From Eledone cirrhosa (Eukaryota): a DNA stretch of 64,000 bases. This document shows positions 51,791-63,721 of this stretch, in pieces. The position numbers and the translations under genes are program-made. How positions within the stretch are numbered: the first letter of the stretch is position 1; each line of letters opens with the position of its first letter. Where the stretch lies: positions 317,936,001-318,000,000 of the forward strand of contig OZ024741.1 in NCBI GenBank assembly GCA_964016885.1, read 5' to 3'. The notes under the pieces were generated by a model, which made no database searches, was not told the origin of the DNA, and saw only the letters and a program-made list of their open reading frames with translations.

Positions 51791-52049
51791 TTGAAGTAAT
51801 TAGCAGTGAACTATATGAAGGTCAAAATTATTATTCATTTGGGCTGAATTTTTTTGTGTTCTATTTTACCTCCACATGAAATGGCAAAATGTTGTCTGGA
51901 CCCCAAGAAATGTGATACCCTTAATTTTTGTGGCAAGAGTGGATCTGTAGAGGTTTTCCAATTATTGGGTTTTGCTCTGAGAAAATACTTCATCTAAAAT
52001 GTTTTTCAGGGTCATTTCTTTGTGTATCTGGTTTAGAACAGGTATTGGT

Positions 52050-52350
52050 TAGAAGAAGAATCAAACATAGTGAGCAAGAGAGAAGACTGCACTTGTATGA
52101 ACATGTGATGTTGGGTGATTGTTGGGTGAAGATGTGCCAAGACTTCTCAATGGAAGGAAGCTAGAGTAGAGGAACACCAAGGAAGACTTGGACAGAAGTG
52201 TTAAGAGCTGATCTCAAAATACTGAACCTAACAGAGTAGATGACAAAGGAACATGCTGAGTGGAGGGAAGCTGTGCTGGAAATGACTTGTGCAACCTATG
52301 AAAGCATGGAAAAACAGGCATAAAAAGATGATGATGATGATGATGATGTT
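52050..52350 (+). mobile_element. RTE LINE 3' fragment
   Basis: QERRLHLYEHV; GCATGGAAAA...GATGATGATG tail. Confidence 0.75.
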
Positions 52351-52623
52351 GATGACTCTGTATCCTTGTCTGTTGTAAGAGGCGACTAAAAGGGTTGGTG
52401 ATAGAAGAGAATTTAGCCATAAAGCATTGTTTGGAAACAGACCTTATGATAAGTATGAAGTCTGTCATGGCCCTGCAAAGTTAACTCCTAGCATGAAAAA
52501 ACGCCTGTAAAACTCTTGTTAGTTAAGTTTTCATAATGATACATAGTCATAAACATAATGAGAAAATTTTACTAGTATAATTACAAGACAAGAATTATAT
52601 TTTGGAGCCAAAACTTTCATTAA

Positions 52624-53258
52624 CTTTTGATACCAATCTACCTGAAACCACTGATTCTGTATTACAAAAGTTTGTTTTAATCCTTTAGCATTTACATTTC
52701 TCTAGATATACTATTATATTTTCATGGTAAAGGCTTTACCTCACATAATTATCTCACATATCAAATCAATGAGATTTTGATATTTATTTTGCAAACAATA
52801 CCTTAACATCAGTATGAGCAGCCGGTTATAACCGGTTTGAACAGAAACAGGTGAGAGAATTCTGGCTGGATACAGCCAGTTTAAATGCTAAAGGGTTAAA
52901 GTGCTTATAATCATCTGAAAGTCTTCCATCATAATTTCATGTAAGCACCTTTGTTAAGTTATATTCTAAACACCAGGTATATAATGAGAAAGTTATGTTA
53001 TTAAATCTCTCCAAACTATTGGTTCTTTTCAAAGTGATTTCAAAATCATAGTCTTTCATTAGAAATATAATCAATAAAGGATTAAAGTGTTTATATTTAT
53101 CTAACAACTTTTCTTCATCATTTTATGTAGGAACATTTGTTGTTACAAAACAGAAGTTAGTTATATTACTTAATCCCTCCAAATTCTTGATAATTTAAAA
53201 CATTAATTCCAAATCAGAGACAATGTCATTTATTCAAAATTTGGTAACGAAAGAGCTA
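52624..53258 (+). mobile_element. MITE B with MITE A (52681-52895, TTAA TSD) nested at its internal TTAA, followed by a second B right half
   Basis: TTAA at 52677-52680 and 52896-52899; B sequence resumes AGTGCTTATA. Confidence 0.8.
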
Positions 53259-53769
53259 ATATTTGAAATCTGTGACATAGTGGAGGGGCTGGAAAAGTTA
53301 ATATATCAAACTTAGTGCTTTGCCATATTTAGTTACCTCCCTTTATATTCTGAATCAAATCCTGCTGAGCTTGAGTTTGCCTTCCATATATCTAATGTCA
53401 TCCTATTAGCAATGATTAAATAGAAAACACTTATTTCCTCCTTGACCTCATGTCAGAGCTAGAAATCAGTTTTATTTCTGTATAGTAAATAATTTAGCTT
53501 ACTGTATAACTAAAGTATAGCTGCTCTTTATCTCACTCAGACTTCCATGTGTTTACCCCATAGAGGTTCCTCTCCAAGGTGCTGGTGTCGGTAAGGTTTT
53601 TGTGGAAGATCAGCAATCATCTATGTATGCAAGTCTCTTTTCTTCATGTTATCGTTGTTGTCCAAGGCAAAGGTTGATATGGCTTGGCATCAGTGATGTT
53701 GCAGATGAACCTAGAATGCAAAGAGGTGTTGCCACAAGACATCGCTTCTGGTTTAAAAAAAATTCTGCC

Positions 53770-53860
53770 AGTCCACTATCCTTGATTGGTACTTTGTTTA
53801 TTGACATTGAAAGGATGGAAGGTAAAGTCAACTTCAGTAGGTTTGAACTTAGAGCGCATA
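53770..53860 (-). mobile_element. SINE family 1 fragment (a + strand fragment lies at about 53340-53470)
   Basis: GATTGGTACTT...GAAAGGATGGAAGGTAAAGTCAAC...TTTGAACTTAGA. Confidence 0.7.
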
Positions 53861-53914
53861 GAGCCAAAATAGGCACCTGAAGTATATTAATTCAATGCTG
53901 TATCTCTGCGTGTT

Positions 53915-54553
53915 TTAGAATAGGTACAATGTATCCCTGTGTGTAACTGTTTTAGAATAGGTACAATGTATCCTTGTGTGTATCTAATTTACAATAGGTG
54001 CACTGTATCCCTGTGTGTATCTGGTTTAGAATAGGTACACTATCCCAGTGTGTATCTAGTTTACAATAGGTACACTATCTCTGCATATATATCGTTTAGA
54101 ATTAGAATAGGTACACTGTATCCCAGTGTGTATCTAGTTTACAATAGGTACACGGTATCCCTGTGTGTGTCTAGTTTACAATAGGTATACTGTATCCCTG
54201 TGTGTGTCTAGTTTACAATAGGTACACTGTATCCCTGTGTGTATCTAGTTTACAATAGGTACACTATATCCCTGTGTGTATCTAGTTTACAATAGGTACA
54301 CTGTATCCCTGTGTGTATGTGATTTAGAATAAGTACACTGTAACCCTGTGTGTACCTGGTTTACAATAGGTACACTTTATCCCTGTGTGTATCTGGTTTA
54401 CAATAGGTACACTTTATCCCTGTGCGTATCTGGTTTACAATAGGTACACTGTATCCCTGTCTGCATCTGGTGTAGAATAAGTACACTATCCCTGTTTATC
54501 CAGTTTAGAATAAGTATATTATATCTCTGTATCACTGTGTTACAATAGGTAGA
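53915..54553 (-). repeat. 37-bp minisatellite (AATAGGTACACTGTATCCCTGTGTGTATCTAGTTTAC), about 17 units
   Basis: Direct reading; central units nearly identical. Confidence 0.95.
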
Positions 54554-55050
54554 CAGCAGGAAATATCTTTTTGATAATATCATGTGATTTACAAGAGATA
54601 TGTAGATAGAGAGAGAAAGAGAGACAATGAAAGCGGCCTGGCTATAAGAGAAGGAGCAGTCATTTACAGTTTTATGAAGTTAGACTAGGTACAGATACCA
54701 GTAATATACAGTGTCTTGGTAGACATTAGCCTGCCAGATAGCTCAACTTAAACATAAAACCAGGATGATTTTACAGTTAAGTTTGACTAGGTTCAGGTAC
54801 AAGTTATATATGGTGTCTTGGTAATCCTCAGTCTACTACATAGCTCAACTTTACATGTAAGACCAGCGATGATATTTCTTAGGCCTTATTTGATAAAAAA
54901 GAAAAGGGGGTTTTATATACCATCAAACATAGAACTTCTTTTATAATAGAATCTTTGTGTAAATTTTTGTATAATTATTACTTAAAACCAAGCATATTTT
55001 CTAGTTGCTATAAGAAGTACTAATATATATATTTTTCTTTTTTTTCACAG

Positions 55051-55763
55051 GTTTCTTTTCCCTTTTTTTTTTTTTGGCAACCTTGGAACTTGGAGATGTT
55101 AAAAAAGACTAATAACTGCAGCTACTAATTTAAAAAACAGTTATATAAGTCAAATTTAAAAACAGCATTTTTTTCTTTTGCTGCCCTTTTTCTCTGTTGA
55201 ACAATGGATGATCAGTTTTTTCACCGAGCGATACAACATTGCTCTGCCGCTCTTATATTATTTCAAATGAGTTTTATTTTGAAACAACCTGTTTAAATAA
55301 TGAAAGCATTTGAATAGTTGTGAAAAACCCACTGTTGCTAACAATTATCCTCATCATCTTTAATCACACCACTTCTACCAAAGGAGATTGGCAGAAATTC
55401 TTTTCACAAACAGCTATTTTAACATTTCTCCTCAATAGTGCACAAGCATGACAACTTAACTTTACAGTTTCTTTTCAAATAGAGTTTTATATTAGTATCT
55501 ATAGAAAACTAAAAAAGATAATTGTTATTTCATTACGCAACCTGCATTTATGTTTTGTTGTGTTGCTACTCACATTTTCTTTTAAAACCAATATAATATT
55601 ATGCACTAAATCAGGGAGGCAGAATTTTTCAATTTGGACAATGTACTATATTAAATATTTAACATTTCTAACTTTACAAACATTGTATTAATCACATATT
55701 GTATACGTATGTATATATATATCGAGACAGATTTGAAAATTTTAAAACCTTAGTACACCAAAA
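55051..55763 (+). other. Putative 5' UTR part of the ZNF-B coding exon (acceptor 55049-55050)
   Basis: Branch-like TACTAAT at 55018, then TTTTTCTTTTTTTTCACAG|G. Confidence 0.65.
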
Positions 55764-58472
55764 ATGTATGCATTTCAACCTCTATATGCAATGGGTAATC
55801 CCCAGTTTAATTTCACCCCTCCCACTTCTGCGACTCCGGGGCTACCCACAATGCCACCTAATGGTCAACATCTCCATACCAACCATCTGCACCACCATTC
55901 AATGAAACGGTCATCTACAATGAGCAACTGCTGTGCCAGTAATAGTAGTAGTAGCAGTGGTGGTGGTGGTACTCAGAATCCTTCAAGTTTACACAGCCAG
56001 ACTTCAGATCAGCCAACGATATCTTCACCACCACCAGCGCCACCATCATCATCTTCTGCAGCGTCCCCTCCCATAAAGGCCAGCACTCCATCAACCAGTT
56101 CTATTTCATCACCGACAACTACAACAACAACATCATTAGAACAACCAAGAAGTGGGACAGGAAGTACTAGTCATTCCCATTCTCATTCTCATTCTCATCA
56201 TTATAACAACACCAGTGGTGGTGGTGGTGGTTGTGGTGGTGGTGGTGGTGGTAGTGGTGGTGGTGGTGGTGGTGGTGGTGGTAGTGGTAGTGGTGGTGGA
56301 GGAGGGAGTAGCACTACCAAGCCATATAAGTGTCAGGTGTGTCGGAAAGGTTTCGCAAGGAAGTCCACATTCAACAGCCACGAGAGGACAAGGGATTCAG
56401 AGAAACATTTCAACTGTGCATATTGCTCAAAAGCATTTCCGAAACGAGATCGCTTGCGATCTCACGAACTAACACACACGGGCATCCGCCCATTTGCCTG
56501 CCCGGATTGTCCACGTGCTTTCAGCCAGAGGACTTCGCTAGACAACCATCGTCGTACCCACACCGGGGAGAAACCTTTTATCTGTTTCTATTGTTCAAAA
56601 GCATTTGCTCAGCGGGCTAACTTAGACAATCACAAGAGAATCCATACTGGAGAACGTCCGTTCTGTTGTTTTTTCTGCGGCAAGTGCTTCTCTCAGCGTG
56701 CAACATTGATGAACCATGAACGAACCCATTTTACCAACAAATTTAACAACCATCAGAGTAATGGAATCATTGCTAATAGCAACAATGATGATAATGCAAG
56801 TGAAAATGGCAATAATGGAAGCAACAGCAGTACTCCTGCAATGCCATTTTTCCCTGGCCCTGATATGGTTGTGTTTCCACCGAGACCAGGTCTGTCAATG
56901 AATAACAGCAATATTTCACCTGAGCAATGTGCTACATCGCCGTCATCTCAACATCGCGTTCATTCAGCTGGCTCTACCTCATCAAAACCAGATCCTTCAT
57001 CATCACCATCATCAACTCCAAATTCAACCCATTTAGGCTCTGCTAAGGGTTCGTTTGGCAGTTTCTCTTCTCATCATCTGAACAGCAATGAGCAGAGATC
57101 AAGATCTGACAACCATAACAATGATCGGTCGTCTTCATCATCAACACCTACTGGAACTCCTGTCGGTTCATTTAGTTTTAATTCTAACACTATGTTCACA
57201 CGACGTATGAATATGAACCAACTGAGTTCAAATCATGTCAACAGCAACAATCTTCTGGATCCTATTGAACAACGTATCCATGCTCGCAGTCTTAAGACCT
57301 TTGATTGCTCAATATGTAGCAAAGCCTTCTCCCAGAAAGCAAGTCTTGACAATCACCTGCGCACTCACACAGGTGTGAAACCATTTACCTGTAGCTTCTG
57401 CTGTAAAGCTTTTACCCAAAGAGCCAGCCTGGATAATCATCGCCGTATACACACCGGTGAGAAGCCATTCAACTGCGACATCTGTCAGCGTTCATTTTCT
57501 CAACGGGCGACTCTAAAAAACCACGAAAAGACTCACACAGGTTCATCATCCCGAGCGTTTTCTAATCGTAGCAGCATCGGTGGCAGTGACAATGAAGGGG
57601 GTGGGAGTAGCGGTGGTGGACGAGGTGGACGGAATCGAGGGGGAAGTGGCAGTGTCAGTGGAGGGAGCACTGGTACACCTGCTGAATCATTCTCTACAGG
57701 AAATAGGCATCAACTATCAAGGAATGGATCGAAAGGTAATGGTGGGAGCAGTTCTGCTGCTAACGCTACTTCCACTAGTGGAGGTGGAGGTGGTGGCAGT
57801 GGCAGTAGTAGCAGCGGTGGTCGTGCTGGCAGTAGTAATAACACTGGTAGCAGTAATAGTAATAACAACAACACTAGTAATGCAGGTAGTGGAAGTAGTA
57901 GTAGTAGTCATCATTCAAGTAGTGACCACACTGGCAGTGGAGCAGTGAGTAGCTCTGGCCATGGACATCATCAACAGCAGCATCACCATTCAAGCCACCA
58001 ACCACCACCACTGGAAAGTACTACGACCAGTAATAGTAGCAGTAGCAACACCACCAACCCACATCATCAGCAGCAACATCCACACCATCACCAACCACAG
58101 CATCACAGCAACAGCCACCAGCATCCTAGCCACCATCATCACCACCATCATCAACACCAACAAGCCCCTCCACCACAACAGCACCAACCACCACCACCAC
58201 AACAACAGCAACACCATCACCACCATCCTCACAGTAGCCATCACCATCACCGAGACTCTCAGCCCCTAACTCTCAAGCAACAATCATCAAGCATTATTTC
58301 AAAGTGGGTTTCATCGACCTGTTTACAGCAGCGTGGAAGCAGTAATGGCATTGATAGTAATTTTGGTTGGCCCTCAACACCCCTAGCCCCAAGATGGAGC
58401 GCAGGATGGGCTGACGCACCCAATACAAATCCTTGTGGAGTACTTCATAACAAGCAACGGGATTTAAGCTAA
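55764..58472 (+). CDS. C2H2 zinc-finger transcription factor (8 fingers in 5+3 clusters, 902 aa) with poly-Gly, Ser, His/Gln tracts; called ZNF-B here
   Basis: Intact ORF; TGIRP/TGEKP/TGERP/TGVKP linkers. Confidence 0.95.
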   Translation: MYAFQPLYAMGNPQFNFTPPTSATPGLPTMPPNGQHLHTNHLHHHSMKRSSTMSNCCASNSSSSSGGGGTQNPSSLHSQTSDQPTISSPPPAPPSSSSAASPPIKASTPSTSSISSPTTTTTTSLEQPRSGTGSTSHSHSHSHSHHYNNTSGGGGGCGGGGGGSGGGGGGGGGSGSGGGGGSSTTKPYKCQVCRKGFARKSTFNSHERTRDSEKHFNCAYCSKAFPKRDRLRSHELTHTGIRPFACPDCPRAFSQRTSLDNHRRTHTGEKPFICFYCSKAFAQRANLDNHKRIHTGERPFCCFFCGKCFSQRATLMNHERTHFTNKFNNHQSNGIIANSNNDDNASENGNNGSNSSTPAMPFFPGPDMVVFPPRPGLSMNNSNISPEQCATSPSSQHRVHSAGSTSSKPDPSSSPSSTPNSTHLGSAKGSFGSFSSHHLNSNEQRSRSDNHNNDRSSSSSTPTGTPVGSFSFNSNTMFTRRMNMNQLSSNHVNSNNLLDPIEQRIHARSLKTFDCSICSKAFSQKASLDNHLRTHTGVKPFTCSFCCKAFTQRASLDNHRRIHTGEKPFNCDICQRSFSQRATLKNHEKTHTGSSSRAFSNRSSIGGSDNEGGGSSGGGRGGRNRGGSGSVSGGSTGTPAESFSTGNRHQLSRNGSKGNGGSSSAANATSTSGGGGGGSGSSSSGGRAGSSNNTGSSNSNNNNTSNAGSGSSSSSHHSSSDHTGSGAVSSSGHGHHQQQHHHSSHQPPPLESTTTSNSSSSNTTNPHHQQQHPHHHQPQHHSNSHQHPSHHHHHHHQHQQAPPPQQHQPPPPQQQQHHHHHPHSSHHHHRDSQPLTLKQQSSSIISKWVSSTCLQQRGSSNGIDSNFGWPSTPLAPRWSAGWADAPNTNPCGVLHNKQRDLS

Positions 58473-58577
58473 ACAGATTGAATACAATCATGTATATACT
58501 GACATGCAAAAACAAATTCACACACACACACATATATACACTTGCATGTGTATAAAAACAAAAAAATGTGAATAGTG

Positions 58578-58579
<2 letters not shown>

Positions 58580-58617
<38 letters not shown>

Positions 58618-59024
58618 ATATGTATATCTATATATGTGTATAAACATATGTATTTCTATATATGTATATATATATACATATATATGTATATCTATATATG
58701 TATATATATATGTATATGTATATATATATATGTGTGTATATATACATGTGTGTGTATATATATATATATGTATAAATTTATGTGTACATATATATGTATA
58801 TATATATATGTGTATATATATGTGTATATATATATGTATATATATATATATGTGTATATATATATGTGTATATATATATGTATATATATATATGTGTGTA
58901 TATATATATATGTGTGTGTATATGTATATATATATATATATGTATATATATGTATATATATATGTATATATATGTATATATATGTATATATATATATATG
59001 TATATATATATATGTATATATATG

Positions 59025-59093
<69 letters not shown>

Positions 59094-59130
59094 GTATATA
59101 TGTATATGTATATATATATATGTATATATG

Positions 59131-59161
<31 letters not shown>

Positions 59162-59222
59162 GTATATATATATATATGTATATATGTATATATATATATA
59201 TGTATATATATATGTATATATG

Positions 59223-59257
<35 letters not shown>

Positions 59258-59453
59258 GTATATATATGTATATATATATGTATATATATATGTATATATA
59301 TATGTATCTTTATATGTATATATATATGTATGTATATATATATGTATATATATATGCATATATATATATATATGCATATATATATGTGTATATATATATA
59401 TGTATATATATATGTATATATATATGTATAAATATATATATATATATATATGC

Positions 59454-59529
<76 letters not shown>

Positions 59530-59545
59530 TAAAGGTATATGTATG

Positions 59546-59612
<67 letters not shown>

Positions 59613-59615
59613 GTA

Positions 59616-59656
<41 letters not shown>

Positions 59657-59682
59657 ATATATATATATTTATATATATATAC
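58580..59682. repeat. About 1.1-kb compound (TA)n/(TATG) microsatellite
   Basis: Direct reading; explains the spurious Y/I/M/C-rich ORFs. Confidence 0.97.
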
Positions 59683-60483
59683 AGAGAGTGTAATGTACAG
59701 TTACTGTAGGTTCACCCAGGTGATAAATATATATATAAATGTATATATATATACATACACACATCCTATGAGTATGAACACAGATTTACATTTGTAGTAA
59801 AACTATATTTAATTTCATTCTGACTAAGCTAAAACTAAATTGTCTACTAATCATTTTGTTAAAGATTAAAAAAAAAATAATACCCCCCCAAAGCCCCCAA
59901 AGAATTTTTTATGTATTTCATGAAGTATCTGCATTCAGTGAAATAGTCAGACTACTGTATTTAACCAACCCAACCGTTTGAGATGTTTTCAGACCAACCA
60001 AATATTTCTATGATGCTGTGCATTCGTCATTAATATTCTGTGGTGGGAAATTTCACATATATCACTCAAGACACTCATCTATAGATACATTATACATCGT
60101 ACAATATGTGTGTATATATTTATAATAGTATAGACATTTTTCTATGTACACACATATACACATACACACTAACAGAATCACACACATACAGTTGCATACA
60201 CACCACATACACTTGCAAAATGGTATGTCTGCATATATGTATACACCAAATATATCAGTATGAATATGTCTTTATATTTGTATGTCGATTGACTGGCTCG
60301 TATATAGACATGCACACACATATATGCTATATATATATATATATATATACATATACGTGCGTGTGTGTGTCTTTGTGTTTGTTTATATGTATATATATAT
60401 ATATATATGTATGTATATATATGTATAAATTTATATATATATGTGCATATATATATATGTTTATATATATGTATACACATATA

Positions 60484-61777
60484 CAGGGTGTTCAGGATAA
60501 GCTTGATAGAGTCTAATTCTTTAATTCTTTTTTCCAATATACCCTTGTATCTGTGAAAATTGAACGGTATTGTGAAACTTAATCACTACGGTTTTCAAGA
60601 TGTCAAATCAACTGAAATGGGTGATACCACCTAAATATTGGAAAACCGTAACCTGGATCATGATGATTTTTGTCTGGCATCAAAATTCCGTAATCATGAC
60701 TGCTGCTCAATGCTCTTTGAACACTGTGAAAGCAACAAGACGTCAAATGAAGAGCTACAATAGAGACTACTAGCAGTGGCTTGTAGGAGAGAATACAGCA
60801 GATGTTCTGATTGTCTCCATACACCAGAATTTATCCAACGGTTGCAGGAGAAAGTGATGGAACACCCAGACAAGAGAATTCGAGCTTTAGCACGGGAAAT
60901 GTGTGTTGCAGCTTCCAGCATGAAGCTGGCATTGAATGAGGACCTCTGCTACCACTCATACAAGAGGTGTAAAGGCCAACTTGTTATACAAAAGCCTTGA
61001 GAAAACCATCTGACAAAGCAAAGGAGCTCCTGAACAAAGTGAAACATCCTGTTGAACCAGGGACAATCTGGATCTTCTCTGATGAAAAGAATTTTTGTCA
61101 GGACCAGATGCGCTACACCCAGAACAACAGATGGCTTGCCTACAATCCACATGACATTCCTCATGTCATGTGGACCAAGTTTCCCCAAACTGTAATATTT
61201 TTTGGATGTCTCCTGTGGGGGTGACGTCATGCCACCTCACATCTTTGAACAGGGTCTCAGGCTCAATTTGGCTGGCTATGTGGATTTGCTGATTACTGTG
61301 GTTAAGCCTTGGTTGGAGAGGGCGGTTTCTGGAAGACTATGTGTGGCAGCAAGTTTCAACTCCCTGCCACACTTCTGGGTAGACCCAGAAGTGGTTGTTA
61401 GAGAATTTTTATGTCTTCACCAGCCCCAACCTTTGGCCTCTTAACTCCCCTCATTGCAATCCTATGGATTATTATAAGTGGGGCACAGTTGAGAAAGACA
61501 CCATCCTCACTGCCTGTACCCCAACACCCAGCTGATTGACAGAATTAAGGAGGTGTTTGAGGCTCTCCCCAGGGACACCGTAAAGGCCACATATGCTGGA
61601 TTCTGGAGCCAGATTGAGGCTATGTTGGATGCGTGGGTGGCTTCTTTCAGTGAATTTTCTATTTTGATTGTTTTAATTTTTATGCCACTTTCTATTTTTC
61701 CAATAAATTTATTTTTGGCTGAGATATTCACTTTTTTTACCATAAAAAACCCTATCAAATTTAGCCCGAACACTCTG
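60484..61777 (+). mobile_element. Near full-length DD37D/maT-like Tc1/mariner transposon, defective transposase, TA TSD
   Basis: TIRs CAGGGTGTTCAGGATAAGCTTGATAG / CTATCAAATTTAGCCCGAACACTCTG; IWIFSDEKNF, GDVMPPHIF, VWQQ, WPLNSPHCNPMDY motifs. Confidence 0.9.
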
Positions 61778-62087
61778 TATATATATATATATATGTATTT
61801 ATATGTGTGTATATATATATATATGCGTATACACATGCATATGTTCATATGCACATATATCCTGATACACACCCACACACAAACACCGTCATAATAGAAT
61901 AAAAACACATATGCATACATATGCGCATATACATATACTCACTGACATAGCTACACACATACACACAGACATACTCACACACTAATACTGTTACACACAC
62001 AACTACAAATAAAAATGTGATTTTGATTTCAACCTCATTCATTGCTTGATTTTCCTTCCTTTTGTGCTTCTCCTAAAACTATGTACA

Positions 62088-62352
62088 ACTTCATTGTAAT
62101 GTATGTATATGTATGTATATACTTCATTGTAATGTATGTATATGTATGTATATACTTCATTGTAATGTTTGTATATGTGTGTATATACTTCATTGTAATG
62201 TTTGTATATGTGTTTATATACTTCATTGTAATGTTTGTATATGTGTGTATATACTTCATTGTAATGTTTGTATATGTGTTTATATACTTCATTGTAATGT
62301 TTGTATATGTGTGTATATACTTCATTGTAATGTTTGTATATGTGTGTATATA
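62088..62352. repeat. 33-bp tandem repeat (ACTTCATTGTAATGTTTGTATATGTGTGTATAT) x8
   Basis: Direct reading; 11-aa periodicity in spurious ORFs. Confidence 0.95.
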
Positions 62353-62642
62353 CTTTAAATGAATATGTAAAACCATGGTTTATAAATAAATTTGTTGATG
62401 TATATAATAAAAGTATGTATGTGTGCATTGGTGTTCACATATATAAATAAAGCATATACATATGTGATGTGTGTATCTGTTTGTGGGTATATATATATAT
62501 ATATATATATATAATGTGTGTGTGTATAAATATATATATATAAATATATAAATATGCTATTAATGGTGACTCTGTATACAATATATGAGTCCATTTTCAG
62601 TGCATGTTTAGTGTGTTTATCACACGAACCTATACAACAAGC

Positions 62643-62708
<66 letters not shown>

Positions 62709-63046
62709 TATTTTATTCTTTTACTGGTTTCAGTCATTAGACTGTGGCCATGCTAGGTCTTTCTGCCTTGTGTTCTATACATACTTGTATGTAAGTGTTC
62801 AGAGTGTGCATATATATATATATATGTTATATGCATACATGTGTGTGAGTATTCAGTAGTGATTTTATATTACTCAGGCTAGTGTCAACAGATCAAAAAT
62901 CTCTACAATGGTTGCAAACTTTAAACTTTTTTACTCACAGCTCCCTCTTATACAGCTTGTTTATTTCACCAGGCTAACCTGATGAAGTTTTGTTCATATA
63001 ACAAATAAGAGATATGAAAGTTGAAACAAAGCTGTTTTCTTGAAAA

Positions 63047-63140
63047 AAACCCATTTGTGATTATATATTAAAAACCATTTGTGATTATATATTAAAAACC
63101 ATTTGTGATTATATATTAAAAACCATTTGTGATTATATTA
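63047..63140. repeat. 24-bp tandem repeat (AAAAACCATTTGTGATTATATATT) x4
   Basis: Direct reading. Confidence 0.95.
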
Positions 63141-63214
63141 TTCTTAATAGACCAAGTGAGAATTTGTCAGCCTAAGTTATAATTTTGGATCTGAGATATT
63201 CCTTGATGGTTCAA

Positions 63215-63400
63215 CCCTTTAGCATAAATTATTGTATTTTCACATAATTATCTCACATAATATCGAATCTATGAGATTTTGATATTATTTGTTTTGAGAA
63301 CAATACCTTAACTTCAATATGGGTGGCTAATTATGGTTTATTTGAACAGAAAGAGGTGAGAGAATTCTGGCCGGAAATGGCCGATTTAAATGCTAAAGGG
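63215..63400 (-). mobile_element. MITE family A
   Basis: CCCTTTAGCATA...TAAATGCTAAAGGG|TTAA. Confidence 0.85.
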
Positions 63401-63673
63401 TTAAAATAGATATATTTGAAAATTAAGCTGTTCAGGCTAAGCTCAAGTAGCCTGAGTGATGGAGTCACTACTGATATGCATATATATATATATATATATA
63501 TGTATAAAATGCAATGTATATATATATATATGTGTATATAATTATATATATACGTCTAAATCCATGCTAGCGTGGAAGATAGACGTTAAACGATGATGAT
63601 GATGATGATATATATGTATATTACTCTATTACATGTTCCAGCTGACAAGCTGAGGTCATGCTGGGGTACCACC

Positions 63674-63721
<48 letters not shown>

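Noticed and set aside
53915-54553. CRISPR-like appearance of the 37-bp repeats
   Set aside because: Units are directly adjacent with no unique spacers, there are no cas genes, and the context is eukaryotic
56136-58269. Alternative-frame and antisense ORFs inside ZNF-B
   Set aside because: Shadow ORFs caused by trinucleotide-repeat coding sequence
58568-59797. Long ORFs (225-303 aa) rich in Y/I/M/C/V
   Set aside because: Translations of TA/TG microsatellite, which lacks stop codons; the same applies to ORFs at 10715, 60106 and 62035-62428
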